Assembly: GCA_043757865.1 (NCBI GenBank)
Contig: JAYVOP010000077.1
Span: forward strand, 768-64,767
Origin: Verrucomicrobiales bacterium
Lineage (GTDB): Bacteria > Verrucomicrobiota > Verrucomicrobiia > Verrucomicrobiales > V1-33
DNA: 64,000 nucleotides
Direction: 5' to 3'
In this document: positions 1 through 10,600 of the stretch, piece after piece
How positions within the stretch are numbered: position 1 is the stretch's first letter
How the letters are laid out: each line of letters opens with the position of its first letter
Made by a program: the position numbers and the translations under genes
Notes under the pieces: generated by a model
What the model was told of the DNA's origin: nothing
The model's database searches: none
What the model saw: the letters and a program-made list of their open reading frames with translations, nothing else

Positions 1-35
1 TCCGTCAGCCCACTTCCCCCAACACCGCTCGTTGG

Positions 36-2234
36 ATGGAGACCGTGGTCCTGCAACCCCCGAACCTCAGCGGGCAGACGCTCTATTTAACCCTGGATGC
101 TTGGAATGTAGCCGAAGGCGACCCCTACCCCACGGGCGCAGACTCGGGAGATCCCCAGGTGGTAGCCCAGGTGCGCACTTGGCTGCTGCAAGCCGGACCA
201 GATCTGCGCCAGAAGTTCAATGTGCCCTACCCCATCACTCTGCCTATCCCACGCCCACCCACCACCGCAGACGAGCGCTCATTCTTCCGCCTCCGCTGCT
301 TTCCTCCAGCCACAGATGCTAATGACAACGGCGTGCCAGATGCCTATGAGGCCACCTTCTCTGATGTCTTCATTTCAGAAGCCTGCTTCTTCAATACCAA
401 CGGCGCTTACGTGCAGTATAAGCCTAATCCTAACCCCAATATTCCTGCGCCCATAGAATATTGTGATTGGATAGAACTCTACAACCCCACTCCATGGCCG
501 GTCAATCTCTGCGGGGATGTGATCACCATGACGGATGCCACAACTTCCCACTCCGTCGGCTTGCCGGAAATTCTGATGGACTCTGGAAAATCCGCCTGCC
601 TCTTCTGTTCCGGTATTCCCACGGCGGACCTAGCGGAAATATACCAGTCCAGAAACATCCCTTACAAACTGAAGAACGGCGGAGAGACCATCACTTTTAG
701 GAGAAATAAGATTGTGCCTCCAGCCACCACGCCCACGCTCTGCTTGGTGGACACGTTCTATATCCCCGGCCGCCAAGCCATGGTAGCACATCCATTCCCC
801 AACATCTCCTTTGGCCGCTGCATGGAAAATAACCTAGTAAAACTCCGCTACTTTGGCCATCCCACCTTTGCCACCCCCAACCCCACCCACGGAGCCACCT
901 ACTGCGCCCAAGAGCCTCAGTTCATTGACGGCAGCACGTTAGGTACCACCAACGTCCCTCTGAAGGGCGGGCTAAAGCTCTCCAGCGAATCCGTCCTCAT
1001 AGCCCTAACTCGGGCCGCCGAGCCCGCTGGAAATGTCACCCTGCTCTACACCCTAGACGGCTCAGAGCCCACCGCAGAATCCTTCGTCTATACCGCCCCC
1101 TTCCCCATCAGCCGCACCACCGTCGTGCGCGCCCGCGCCTTCCGTACCGACGGCCTGCCCTCAGCTAGTGTCAGCCGCAGCTTCATCTTCCCAGAGGATG
1201 TGCTAGGGCAGCCGTTTCTCAACTCAGTAACTGATTCATATTCGGAACGGACGCAACATAAGGCAGAAATCATCCGACGCTATCGCACTGCGGGTGAAGC
1301 AGGTGAGACCACCCAACCCCAGGGCCTAGTAGCGAAACTGCGGCGTATCCCCAGCATTTCAATCTGCCTCAGTCCGGCTGCCCTGGCCAATCCGAACATC
1401 CCGTTCGAGAATGCCATCTATCAGTCAGTGGGAGGCTCCTTCGAATGGATCAACCCCGATGCCCCAGCGCATTACACCCAAGAGAACTGTAAGATTGAGC
1501 GCGTCGGAGAGTCATCTATCAGTTTACCAAAGGGAAGCTTCGAACTGACATTCAACAAGACAAACTCTCTTGCTGGGAAGGATAAGCTCTCCGGTCCCGT
1601 TGCGGCGGGTGACTTCTCAGGCATCTTCCCCACAACTAAAGTAACAAAATTTGCCAAACTCCGTTTACGAAACGGTTTTTGGAGTTCGTGGGCCTATTGG
1701 AAAGAAAACCCTAATTTGTGCATGGCTGATGCCTACTACAAAGAGACCGCCAGGGCGTTTGGTCAATTTAATGTGGAGCGACGTTTCGTTCATGTGTATA
1801 TCAATGGAACCTATTCAGGTGTGTATGACCTGGAGGAGAAGCTGGATGAAGACATGATAGTCTCACATAAGAAGAACCCCGACCTCGAAAATGACAGCGA
1901 GTGGAGGCCGGAGAATATTCTGCTATTCAACTGGGGGCCACAGGGCGGCCCTGCGAATGTGAATCCGCTGGCGAGAGACCGCTGGGATCAGATTTTTAGA
2001 CGGTTTGAGGCTGCCAGCGCGTCTCCAAATGACGCAAACTTCTACACCATCGTCACAGATGTGGTGGACATGGACGACTTCATCGCTTGGCTCATGGCGT
2101 ATTCCATCCTTCGAGTGCAGGATTGGACTACTTCACAATTCAAAGGGTGGTGCAGATACTGGCCGAATGAAGAAGGACTTGGGTACCATCACGACAAGCT
2201 TCATTTTTTTTCAGCTGGGATGGAGATGTTATAA
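36..2234 (+). CDS. CotH-like secreted protein, major part (lamin-tail-like, chitobiase/Fn3-associated-like and CotH-like regions). The frame is open back to nt 3, so the true 5' end may lie outside the window. The gene is interrupted at a T8 run.
   Basis: Motifs in the ORF-track protein: 'CDWIELYNPT' (LTD-like), 'NVTLLYTLDGSEPT...TTVVRARAF' (CHB_HEX_C-like), 'RRFVHVYINGTYSGVYDLEEKLDE' (CotH-like). No signal peptide follows M36, and there is no in-frame stop between nt 3 and 36. Confidence 0.7.
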   Translation: METVVLQPPNLSGQTLYLTLDAWNVAEGDPYPTGADSGDPQVVAQVRTWLLQAGPDLRQKFNVPYPITLPIPRPPTTADERSFFRLRCFPPATDANDNGVPDAYEATFSDVFISEACFFNTNGAYVQYKPNPNPNIPAPIEYCDWIELYNPTPWPVNLCGDVITMTDATTSHSVGLPEILMDSGKSACLFCSGIPTADLAEIYQSRNIPYKLKNGGETITFRRNKIVPPATTPTLCLVDTFYIPGRQAMVAHPFPNISFGRCMENNLVKLRYFGHPTFATPNPTHGATYCAQEPQFIDGSTLGTTNVPLKGGLKLSSESVLIALTRAAEPAGNVTLLYTLDGSEPTAESFVYTAPFPISRTTVVRARAFRTDGLPSASVSRSFIFPEDVLGQPFLNSVTDSYSERTQHKAEIIRRYRTAGEAGETTQPQGLVAKLRRIPSISICLSPAALANPNIPFENAIYQSVGGSFEWINPDAPAHYTQENCKIERVGESSISLPKGSFELTFNKTNSLAGKDKLSGPVAAGDFSGIFPTTKVTKFAKLRLRNGFWSSWAYWKENPNLCMADAYYKETARAFGQFNVERRFVHVYINGTYSGVYDLEEKLDEDMIVSHKKNPDLENDSEWRPENILLFNWGPQGGPANVNPLARDRWDQIFRRFEAASASPNDANFYTIVTDVVDMDDFIAWLMAYSILRVQDWTTSQFKGWCRYWPNEEGLGYHHDKLHFFSAGMEML

Positions 2235-2647
2235 AAGACGCGGGATCTGGAAGTTGTTCGTATGCGAACAACATTGTCGGCACCTATGACGACCGGATAA
2301 CCCCGTTCGGACTCTGCTACCAGTTAATGCACATTGGTCCCAATCATTCTGGCGGGCTTCATCCTAGCTTTAAACAGTCGGTTCGGGATTGGATAACAGC
2401 TAGGCGCCGCGTTGGGTTGGTATTATCCGATGGCCGGGCTCTCGCCAGATGGAACGTCGTGGCCCAAGACTGGCAAAACACCATGCATGCCGAGGCCCTA
2501 CGCTGGGGCAAGAATGATAAAATCATCAAGTGGCGGATCAACGTAAAAGGAAGCGGCAGCGCAGGGGGTATCTCTTCTTGGCTAGGTTCAGTCGAAAATC
2601 CTGCCGAAAAGCAGCTTCGATCGGATTTCACATCTCTAGGTTTTTGA
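2210..2647 (+). pseudogene. 3' portion of the same CotH-like gene, displaced into the -1 frame behind the T8 run (2204-2211).
   Basis: My hand translation of the frame starting at 2210 gives FSWDGDVIKDAGSGSCSYANNIVGTYDDRITPFGLCYQLM with no stop, and it runs into ORF 2327..2647. 'FSWDGD' fits the conserved CotH 'WDxD' core. The zero frame stops 8 codons after the run. Confidence 0.6.
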
Positions 2648-2664
2648 CTTTCACGCTAAGTACC

Positions 2665-3381
2665 ATGAAAAAATCTACCTCAATCTACGGCTTCTGCTTC
2701 TTGCTGCTCGTGAACACTGCGGCTAACGCTACCACAATGATTTACCGTGGGGAGAACTTTGTGAGTAAAGATCAGAGCCCTTTTATTCAAGGGATTCAAA
2801 ACGGCTCTTTGACCTTCAACTCTTTCGAAACGGCAGCGGTAATCCCTAACCTCAATTACCCTGGGTTTCTTCTCTACTCCAGCTTCTCCATTGATGGCGA
2901 TGATGGCGCCATTGATGATATCCAGCGTGGAAGAAGCCTGAAGACGGTGGCCAGGGGTGGTCCCAAATTCATCCTGACCTTTACCCCGGATGCTGATGGA
3001 CACTACCCCCGCTACTTCGGTGTGGCTTTTCCAACGGCAGTCAGTGCCGATTTCTATGTTCCCGCAGGTTTCATCGCACAGAATGATGCGGAGCGGCACG
3101 GGGCTTTCGAGGTGATTGGAGTCCAGGATGCTTTCGGAGATAGTGTGCTCAGTAATTACATCTTTGACACTCCGTGGGATGAGGTTGGCAGTTCCCATGC
3201 TGCAACCAGCTCCTACTGGGGAGTCTTCTTTGGCATCTACAATGAGGCGGGCATTTCTCAAGTAACTTTGTACAACACGCTCTGGCTGGACCACCTGCAA
3301 TATGGCTACCAGATCCCCGAACCCAGCAGCGCTTGGGCCTGCGCTCTGGTGCTCGCCGCAAGACGCCGCCGCAAGATCTAG
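2665..3381 (+). CDS. PEP-CTERM-anchored secreted protein (paralog 1).
   Basis: ATG at 2665 gives the signal peptide MKKSTSIYGFCFLLLVNTAANA. The C-terminus 'IPEPSSAWACALVLAARRRRKI' is a canonical PEP-CTERM sorting signal (PEP motif, hydrophobic helix, Arg cluster). Confidence 0.85.
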   Translation: MKKSTSIYGFCFLLLVNTAANATTMIYRGENFVSKDQSPFIQGIQNGSLTFNSFETAAVIPNLNYPGFLLYSSFSIDGDDGAIDDIQRGRSLKTVARGGPKFILTFTPDADGHYPRYFGVAFPTAVSADFYVPAGFIAQNDAERHGAFEVIGVQDAFGDSVLSNYIFDTPWDEVGSSHAATSSYWGVFFGIYNEAGISQVTLYNTLWLDHLQYGYQIPEPSSAWACALVLAARRRRKI

Positions 3382-3382
3382 C

Positions 3383-4339
3383 ATGAAACTCACGCGCTCA
3401 CATTTCTGCTGTTGCCTGCTGCTAGCGGTTAGGCACGTGAACGCTAGCACCACGCTTTACCGCGTGGAGAACTATGTGAACAAAGCTCAGAGTCCATTTA
3501 TCGAAGGAATTGAAAATGGCTTGATGACGTTTAATGACTTCGATACCGTGCCCATTGCCTACCCAAATCTTACCTTTCCCAAAGCCCCTCGATACGGAGG
3601 GTTGTCGATTGATGGGGATGATGGGGTGATTGATGGATACGGGCTTGGCGTTGGCTTGAAAGCCACCCCCGTTGGGAACGCGAATTTTACGTTTAATTTT
3701 TCTGCGGATGCCAATGGGCATTATCCGAGATACTTTGGTATTGCGTTCCCGGCGCAAGTCAGAGCGCTTCATGTCCCGACGGGGTTCGTAGCGCAGACAC
3801 CTGCGCAACAAGAGGGAAGTTTTGAGGTGATTGGGGTAAAGGATGCGTTCGGAAAAGCGGTATTAACGGACTATGTCTTTGATTCCTTGGTATACCCTGA
3901 CGGAGGTGATCCGCCGGATTCATACTGGGGCATCTTCTTCGGCTTCTACAGTGATGATGGCATTTCCCAGGTAGTCCTACACAACGCGGCCTGGTTAGAC
4001 CACCTGCAATACGGCTACCAGATTCCCAGAACCCCGCACGGAACTCTGCGCTGGCGTAGCGCTCACCTGCCTCTGGGCACGCAGAAGGAGGGTGGCATGA
4101 ACTCCTGCACGGAGGCAGTGGGCGTGTGGAGCAGTGGAGTCTATCCATTGTCCCTGGTGCCAATCATCTGCCCATTAGCCTCACAGCCCCTTTTCCCCAT
4201 GCCATACTGGAATGAACCCGGTCTGACGTGGGATGACCCTCTCTTTACCTACCAGGATTTCGCGCAGTGGTATGGGTGCCCCAGCTGTTGCGCGCTCCTA
4301 ACGTCGCCCTCTACACGAAATTTAACAATGCAGAACTAA
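3383..4339 (+). CDS. Paralog 2 of the PEP-CTERM protein. As written it reads through into an ~80-aa featureless tail because its sorting signal is out of frame.
   Basis: ATG at 3383 lies 1 nt after the paralog-1 stop, with signal peptide MKLTRSHFCCCLLLAVRHVNA. By eye it is roughly half identical to paralog 1 (shared SPFI.GI.NG, SIDGDDG, DGHYPRYFG.AFP, FEVIGV.DAFG, YWG.FFG, WLDHLQYGYQIP). Confidence 0.7.
   Translation: MKLTRSHFCCCLLLAVRHVNASTTLYRVENYVNKAQSPFIEGIENGLMTFNDFDTVPIAYPNLTFPKAPRYGGLSIDGDDGVIDGYGLGVGLKATPVGNANFTFNFSADANGHYPRYFGIAFPAQVRALHVPTGFVAQTPAQQEGSFEVIGVKDAFGKAVLTDYVFDSLVYPDGGDPPDSYWGIFFGFYSDDGISQVVLHNAAWLDHLQYGYQIPRTPHGTLRWRSAHLPLGTQKEGGMNSCTEAVGVWSSGVYPLSLVPIICPLASQPLFPMPYWNEPGLTWDDPLFTYQDFAQWYGCPSCCALLTSPSTRNLTMQN
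4026..4100 (+). other. Out-of-frame (+1) PEP-CTERM sorting-signal coding remnant belonging to paralog 2.
   Basis: Hand translation from 4026: PEPRTELCAGVALTCLWARRRRVA, then TGA at 4098-4100. This is a complete PEP-CTERM signal collinear with the paralog-1 terminus. Confidence 0.7.
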
Positions 4340-4459
4340 CGATGCGGAGGGGAGGCCACGGGCATTGGGATCGGTGTCCAGCGCTATCGAAAAATTCCAG
4401 AACTTATTCGCAAAAATATCGGGACATTGACGCGGGAAGTTAGCAATTTCCGCGCTTCC

Positions 4460-5725
4460 ATGAAATCTCCCCCACGTCTCCTCCTCCTGGCTTCTTTGTT
4501 TGGTGCTACTGCTCCGCTCTCGGCGGTGGTGACTGTCAGTGATGTCTTTGCTGACGGTGAGAGCCTCACTCAAAACGTGGCCGCTAATTCCCTGCGGCTC
4601 TTCAATGGCCGGACGACGAATACCCGGACGGATGCCTTTGGCTCCACGTCATTTACCATCGGCAATGCCAGTGCGGATGGATTCTGGGCCTTCTTCACGC
4701 AGAGCACGCCGCTGGCGCTGGTGAATAATGGAGACTCCATCACCGTGCGCGTCGTGTTCTCTGTGGCTGGCATCAGCACTACTGCGGCCACGGACATTCG
4801 CTTCGGCATCGGGGATTCCAAGGCCACGCGCAACCTAGCTAATCCTACGGGCGGGATGGCGGATGCTACCTTTGCTGACGATACCATCTATGGCGGCACG
4901 TTGGGGATCACCTCGGTCACGGGTGGATCTGCGACGCCATTCGTGATTTCTAAAAGAGTCGCATCTGCGTCACTGGCTTCACCTAACAGCCCATTCAACA
5001 GCGCTGCGGATATGGCCAAGATCACCACGGAGAACTCCGGGAGCACTGGCAACGGCAGTCGGCAGCCCCTCACCGCCGGGCAAGACTATCTTTTCACCTA
5101 CACCATTCTCAAAAGCAGAGCCATCAAGATGCACATCACGTCTAGTTTGTCCGGCCCCGGCATCACTCAGCCCTACACCTACTCGGCCTCAGATCTAGAA
5201 GACACTCGCTTATTCACCAGCTTCGACTGGGTGTGCCTTCGCATTACAGGTTCTGGTTTCGCCTCCAGTATGACTTTCAAAAAAAATCGAGGTCGAAACC
5301 AATCTCGCCTCCACCCCACCACCAAATCCTTATGGAGATTGGTTGCAGAGCTCAACCTCGAGCCCGTGGCCAATACCTCCATCCTCCTAGACACAGATAA
5401 CGATGGCCTCGTCAATGGCTTGGAATACGTGCTAGGGTTAAATCCTACGATCTCCGATTATCCCGCAGACGGTCTGCTGAAACCAACCCCGGAGGGCGAC
5501 GCCTTGGTGGTGCATTACCTCCGCAGAAAGGACACCTCCACGATCCCCTCCAAGCTGCAATGGACCACCGACCCCACCACCGCCTGGACCGATGCTGTCC
5601 ATGGTGTGAATGGCGTAACAATCACCGCCGAAGGTGTGGACTACCGAGAAGATGTCACCGTGACCATTCCCAAGCCTGATGCCGCCACCAAATTATTCGT
5701 GCGGCTGAAGATCGAAAAACCATAA
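4460..5725 (+). CDS. Secreted protein of unknown function with a 'DTDNDGLVNGLEYVLGLNP' (thrombospondin-type-3-like Ca-binding) motif.
   Basis: ATG at 4460 gives the signal peptide MKSPPRLLLLASLFGATAPLSAVV. The motif lies at 5390-5446. The ORF is open to the TAA at 5725. Confidence 0.7.
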   Translation: MKSPPRLLLLASLFGATAPLSAVVTVSDVFADGESLTQNVAANSLRLFNGRTTNTRTDAFGSTSFTIGNASADGFWAFFTQSTPLALVNNGDSITVRVVFSVAGISTTAATDIRFGIGDSKATRNLANPTGGMADATFADDTIYGGTLGITSVTGGSATPFVISKRVASASLASPNSPFNSAADMAKITTENSGSTGNGSRQPLTAGQDYLFTYTILKSRAIKMHITSSLSGPGITQPYTYSASDLEDTRLFTSFDWVCLRITGSGFASSMTFKKNRGRNQSRLHPTTKSLWRLVAELNLEPVANTSILLDTDNDGLVNGLEYVLGLNPTISDYPADGLLKPTPEGDALVVHYLRRKDTSTIPSKLQWTTDPTTAWTDAVHGVNGVTITAEGVDYREDVTVTIPKPDAATKLFVRLKIEKP

Positions 5726-5737
5726 CCAAAGAGTAGG

Positions 5738-5754
5738 CCAGCCCGCTGGGCTGG
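5738..5754 (+). terminator. Candidate rho-independent terminator after the 4460..5725 gene.
   Basis: A 7-bp GC-rich stem (ccagccc / gggctgg) with a 3-nt loop, followed by the A/T-rich 'tctaaatttaaatt'. Confidence 0.45.
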
Positions 5755-5852
5755 TCTAAATTTAAATTCTGCGCACCAATGTGCCATCAGCCCATGTTCG
5801 ATGACAAATCCTCCAGAAAACTAGTTGGCAACCACCAGGGCTCCCGCTATGA

Positions 5853-7468
<1,616 letters not shown>

Positions 7469-7671
7469 GAAATAGAGAGTGCTAGAGAGTGAAAATTCAG
7501 GGACAAGAAGCGCCAAAGGAACGCAGGGGCGGAATGGGCGCAACTTGTAAAATCCTGAAGGAAATGACCAAGGACCAAATCCCAAGGAACAACGAACCGC
7601 CAAACCTCAAGGTCCGGTGGCCATAGCCGAATGCAGCCTCGCTCCAGCTCTCTGACTTCGTCATTCGTCAT

Positions 7672-10600
7672 TCACTTCACTGGCTCTAGCAGATACGCCA
7701 GATCGTCACTCGTGAGCTTCAGCTTCTCGCCTTTACCTTCCAGCAGGCCTTGCACTAGCTCGGCTTTCTTGCGTTGCAGCAGCAGGATCTTTTCCTCGAT
7801 GGTGTCCTGACAAATGAACTTATACACAAACACCGTGTTCTTTTGCCCAAAGCGATGCGCGCGATCCGTGGCTTGATTCTCCGCAGCGGGATTCCACCAC
7901 GGGTCATAGTGGATCACGGTATCTGCTGCCGTTAGGTTCAAGCCCACTCCGCCAGCTTTCAGGCTGATGAGGAACACCGGCGTCTCGCCTTTTTGAAATT
8001 CATGCACTAACTCTTGGCGATTCTCCGTCTGCCCCGTGAGCAGCAGAAAGGAAATCTTTTCCTCCTCCAGCCGTTGCTGGATGAGCGCCAGCATTTGGGT
8101 AAATTGACTGAAGAGCAAGACCCGCCGACCATCCTCAACCAAGGGCAGCAGCACTTCCATGAGCGCATCCAGCTTGGCGGATTCCGTGACGTTAGCGGCG
8201 GCATCCATTTTCAGCAGACGGGGATCACAGCAGACTTGGCGCAGTTTCAGCAGCGCATCCAGGATCATAATCTGCGAGCGCTCAGCCCCCTTGCTGGTGA
8301 TCTCCTCTTGCACACGCTTATCCATGGCCGCGCGCACGGCTTCGTAGAGATCTTTCTGCTGCGCGCTGAGTTCAACGCGATGGATCGTTTCAATTTTATC
8401 TGGCAGATCTTGCAGCACCGCTTGCTTCGTCCGCCGCAGCAGCACCGGGGCGATGCGTTGGCTCAGGCGCTGCCGTGCGTCGTCATCCCCCTGCTCCTCG
8501 ATGGGCTCGCGGAACGTGGTGCCGAAGAAATCTTTCCCCCCCAGAAACCCCGGCATCAGGAAATGGAAGATGCTCCAGAGTTCGCCCAGATGATTCTCCA
8601 TCGGCGTGCCACTGAGGCAGAGCCGCAACCGGGAATCAAGCCTACAGGCCGCCTGCGCGGTGCGGGTGCTGTGGTTCTTGATGTTCTGCGCCTCGTCCAG
8701 GATCACGATATGGAAGGCCTGTTGCGCGAGGATGTCTTCATCACGGGCCAGGATCGGATAGCTGGTGAGGATCAAATCATGCTTCTTAAAATTGGCCAGA
8801 TGCTTCGCGCGATCTAGGCCCGTGTAGATCATGCAACGCAGCTTCGGCGTGAAGCGCGCGGCTTCCTCCGCCCAGTTAAAGACCACACTCTTGGGGGCCA
8901 CGATCAGGCTAGGGCGATCCATGGCTCCAGCTTCTTTTTCCGCTAATAAATGAGCCAGCGTTTGCAGTGTCTTCCCCAGGCCCATGTCATCCGCTAACAC
9001 GCCACCAAGCCGGGCGGTGGCTAGAAAACGCAGCCACCGATACCCATCCAACTGATATGGCCGCAGGTCCGCCTTCAGCCCCGCAGGCTTCTCCGCTTCC
9101 TCCCAGACCTGCGCGCCTGACAGTTTGGCACCAAGCTGCTGCAGCGCCTCGGACGTCTGCGCAAACATCGCTTCCTCCCGCTGCGTGGCCAGGGCCGCCA
9201 ACTGTGCAGCGCGCAGCCGATGCACCTCCAGCTTCCCCTCTTTCAATAAGCCTGGGCTTCGACTATATAGCTCCGTCAGCGCGCTCAACAGCCGATGAAA
9301 ACGATCCGCTGGATACGGCAAATATTTCTTCCCCACGGGCAACATGATCGGTGCCGTGCCCATCTTCGCCAGATCACTAAGCACGGAAAAGCTGCCCGCA
9401 CTGCGCAGGAAGGCAATGATGGCGGGCAGGAGCGGCACGCGCGCACCATTGGTTTCATAACCACAATCCACCGTGAACCAATCCGCCCGCTCACCCTCCT
9501 TCACCTCCTCATACCACGCATCTGGCGTCAGTAATTCCAGATCAAACGTGGCCTCCGTTTCCACGCGCCAGCCGCGTTCCTTCAGTAATGGCACTTGGGT
9601 TTGTAGAAAGGTAAACCAGCGCGTGGGCGCATCTGGAGCGTGGCAATAGACGTGCTTCAACGCCGGCTTCACGCCAAAGGTCATCACCTCTGCGAGCCGC
9701 CGCAAGCCACGTGCACTCAGACCATCCGCTAGGTCTCGCTCCGCAGGTAAATTTCGTGCTAGTTCCACCAGACGCTCGGCATGAAGGACCGATACTTTTT
9801 CCGCCCCGCGTCCGAATGCAAAGCACTTCTCGGGAGCAGCCTCGTAGGTGAATTCCACCTCGGCTAGGCGCACCACTTGATCGTAAGTAAACGCTGCCGC
9901 GCCTGCATAATAACTGCTGAAGACTTTCTCCCCAAAGAGTCGTAGAATCGGCTGTGGTGGCTGATCGAACGCTTGCACCGTTTGCAGTTTCGGTGGAGCC
10001 ACCACGGCTGGTGAGGTGCGGCTAGGCTTTTCTAAATGATGCGCCAGTTGATCCGCATCCGCTGGGGAAAGATCGTCCATGTCTAACCAGCCAAGCAGAA
10101 ATTTGGCACTAGGCCGACGCGCCACGGGATGCACGGTATGCGACGTGAGATCCATGACCTGGATCGGTTGCGTGGGCAGAACCACTAATGTGCGACCAGC
10201 GCTGGTTAGGATCGGCCGCTGCCGCCCATTTTCCAAACTCAGCCAGCCCGTGCTCAGGGTGATTTCCTCCTCAGAAATTGCTAGCGCAGGTTGATCCAGC
10301 GCCTCCCAGAGCGCCCGTCCGCTCAGCCACAGCCGGGGCAAGACCTGCAACCACCAACGTCCACGCGGCACCAAGCCAGCCTCCGTGCGCAGCTTCCGCA
10401 GCACGTCCACTAATGCCACATCTCCTGGGCTCAGGAACTCGGGCGCTTGTTTATAGTCCAGATTAAATGGCGCATGGAAAACGTAATCACCCTCACTGTT
10501 CAGCTTGGCGGTGGTGAGGGAAAGCTGCACCAGTTGCGACTGCGCAGCCACGCGACTGAACACATACAGCAGACGAAATTGCGTCTCTGCTGAGGGGAAA

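Noticed and set aside
2680-3453. A 257-aa minus-strand ORF across the two PEP-CTERM paralogs.
   Set aside because: It is antisense to two genes that have signal peptides, paralog conservation and sorting signals. It spans their junction and has no recognisable features.
7469-7671. Looked for acpP upstream of fabF and for a small RNA in this 200-nt gap.
   Set aside because: No frame encodes an ACP-like 'DSLD' peptide. The listed ORF 7186..7671 is out of frame with fabF and featureless. I saw no convincing structure.
8014-8817. A 267-aa plus-strand ORF antisense to the SNF2 helicase gene.
   Set aside because: It lies entirely inside a gene with unambiguous helicase motifs on the other strand. 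The translated sequence is low-complexity (Q/L/R/H-rich) with no motifs. This is a typical shadow ORF in GC-rich DNA.
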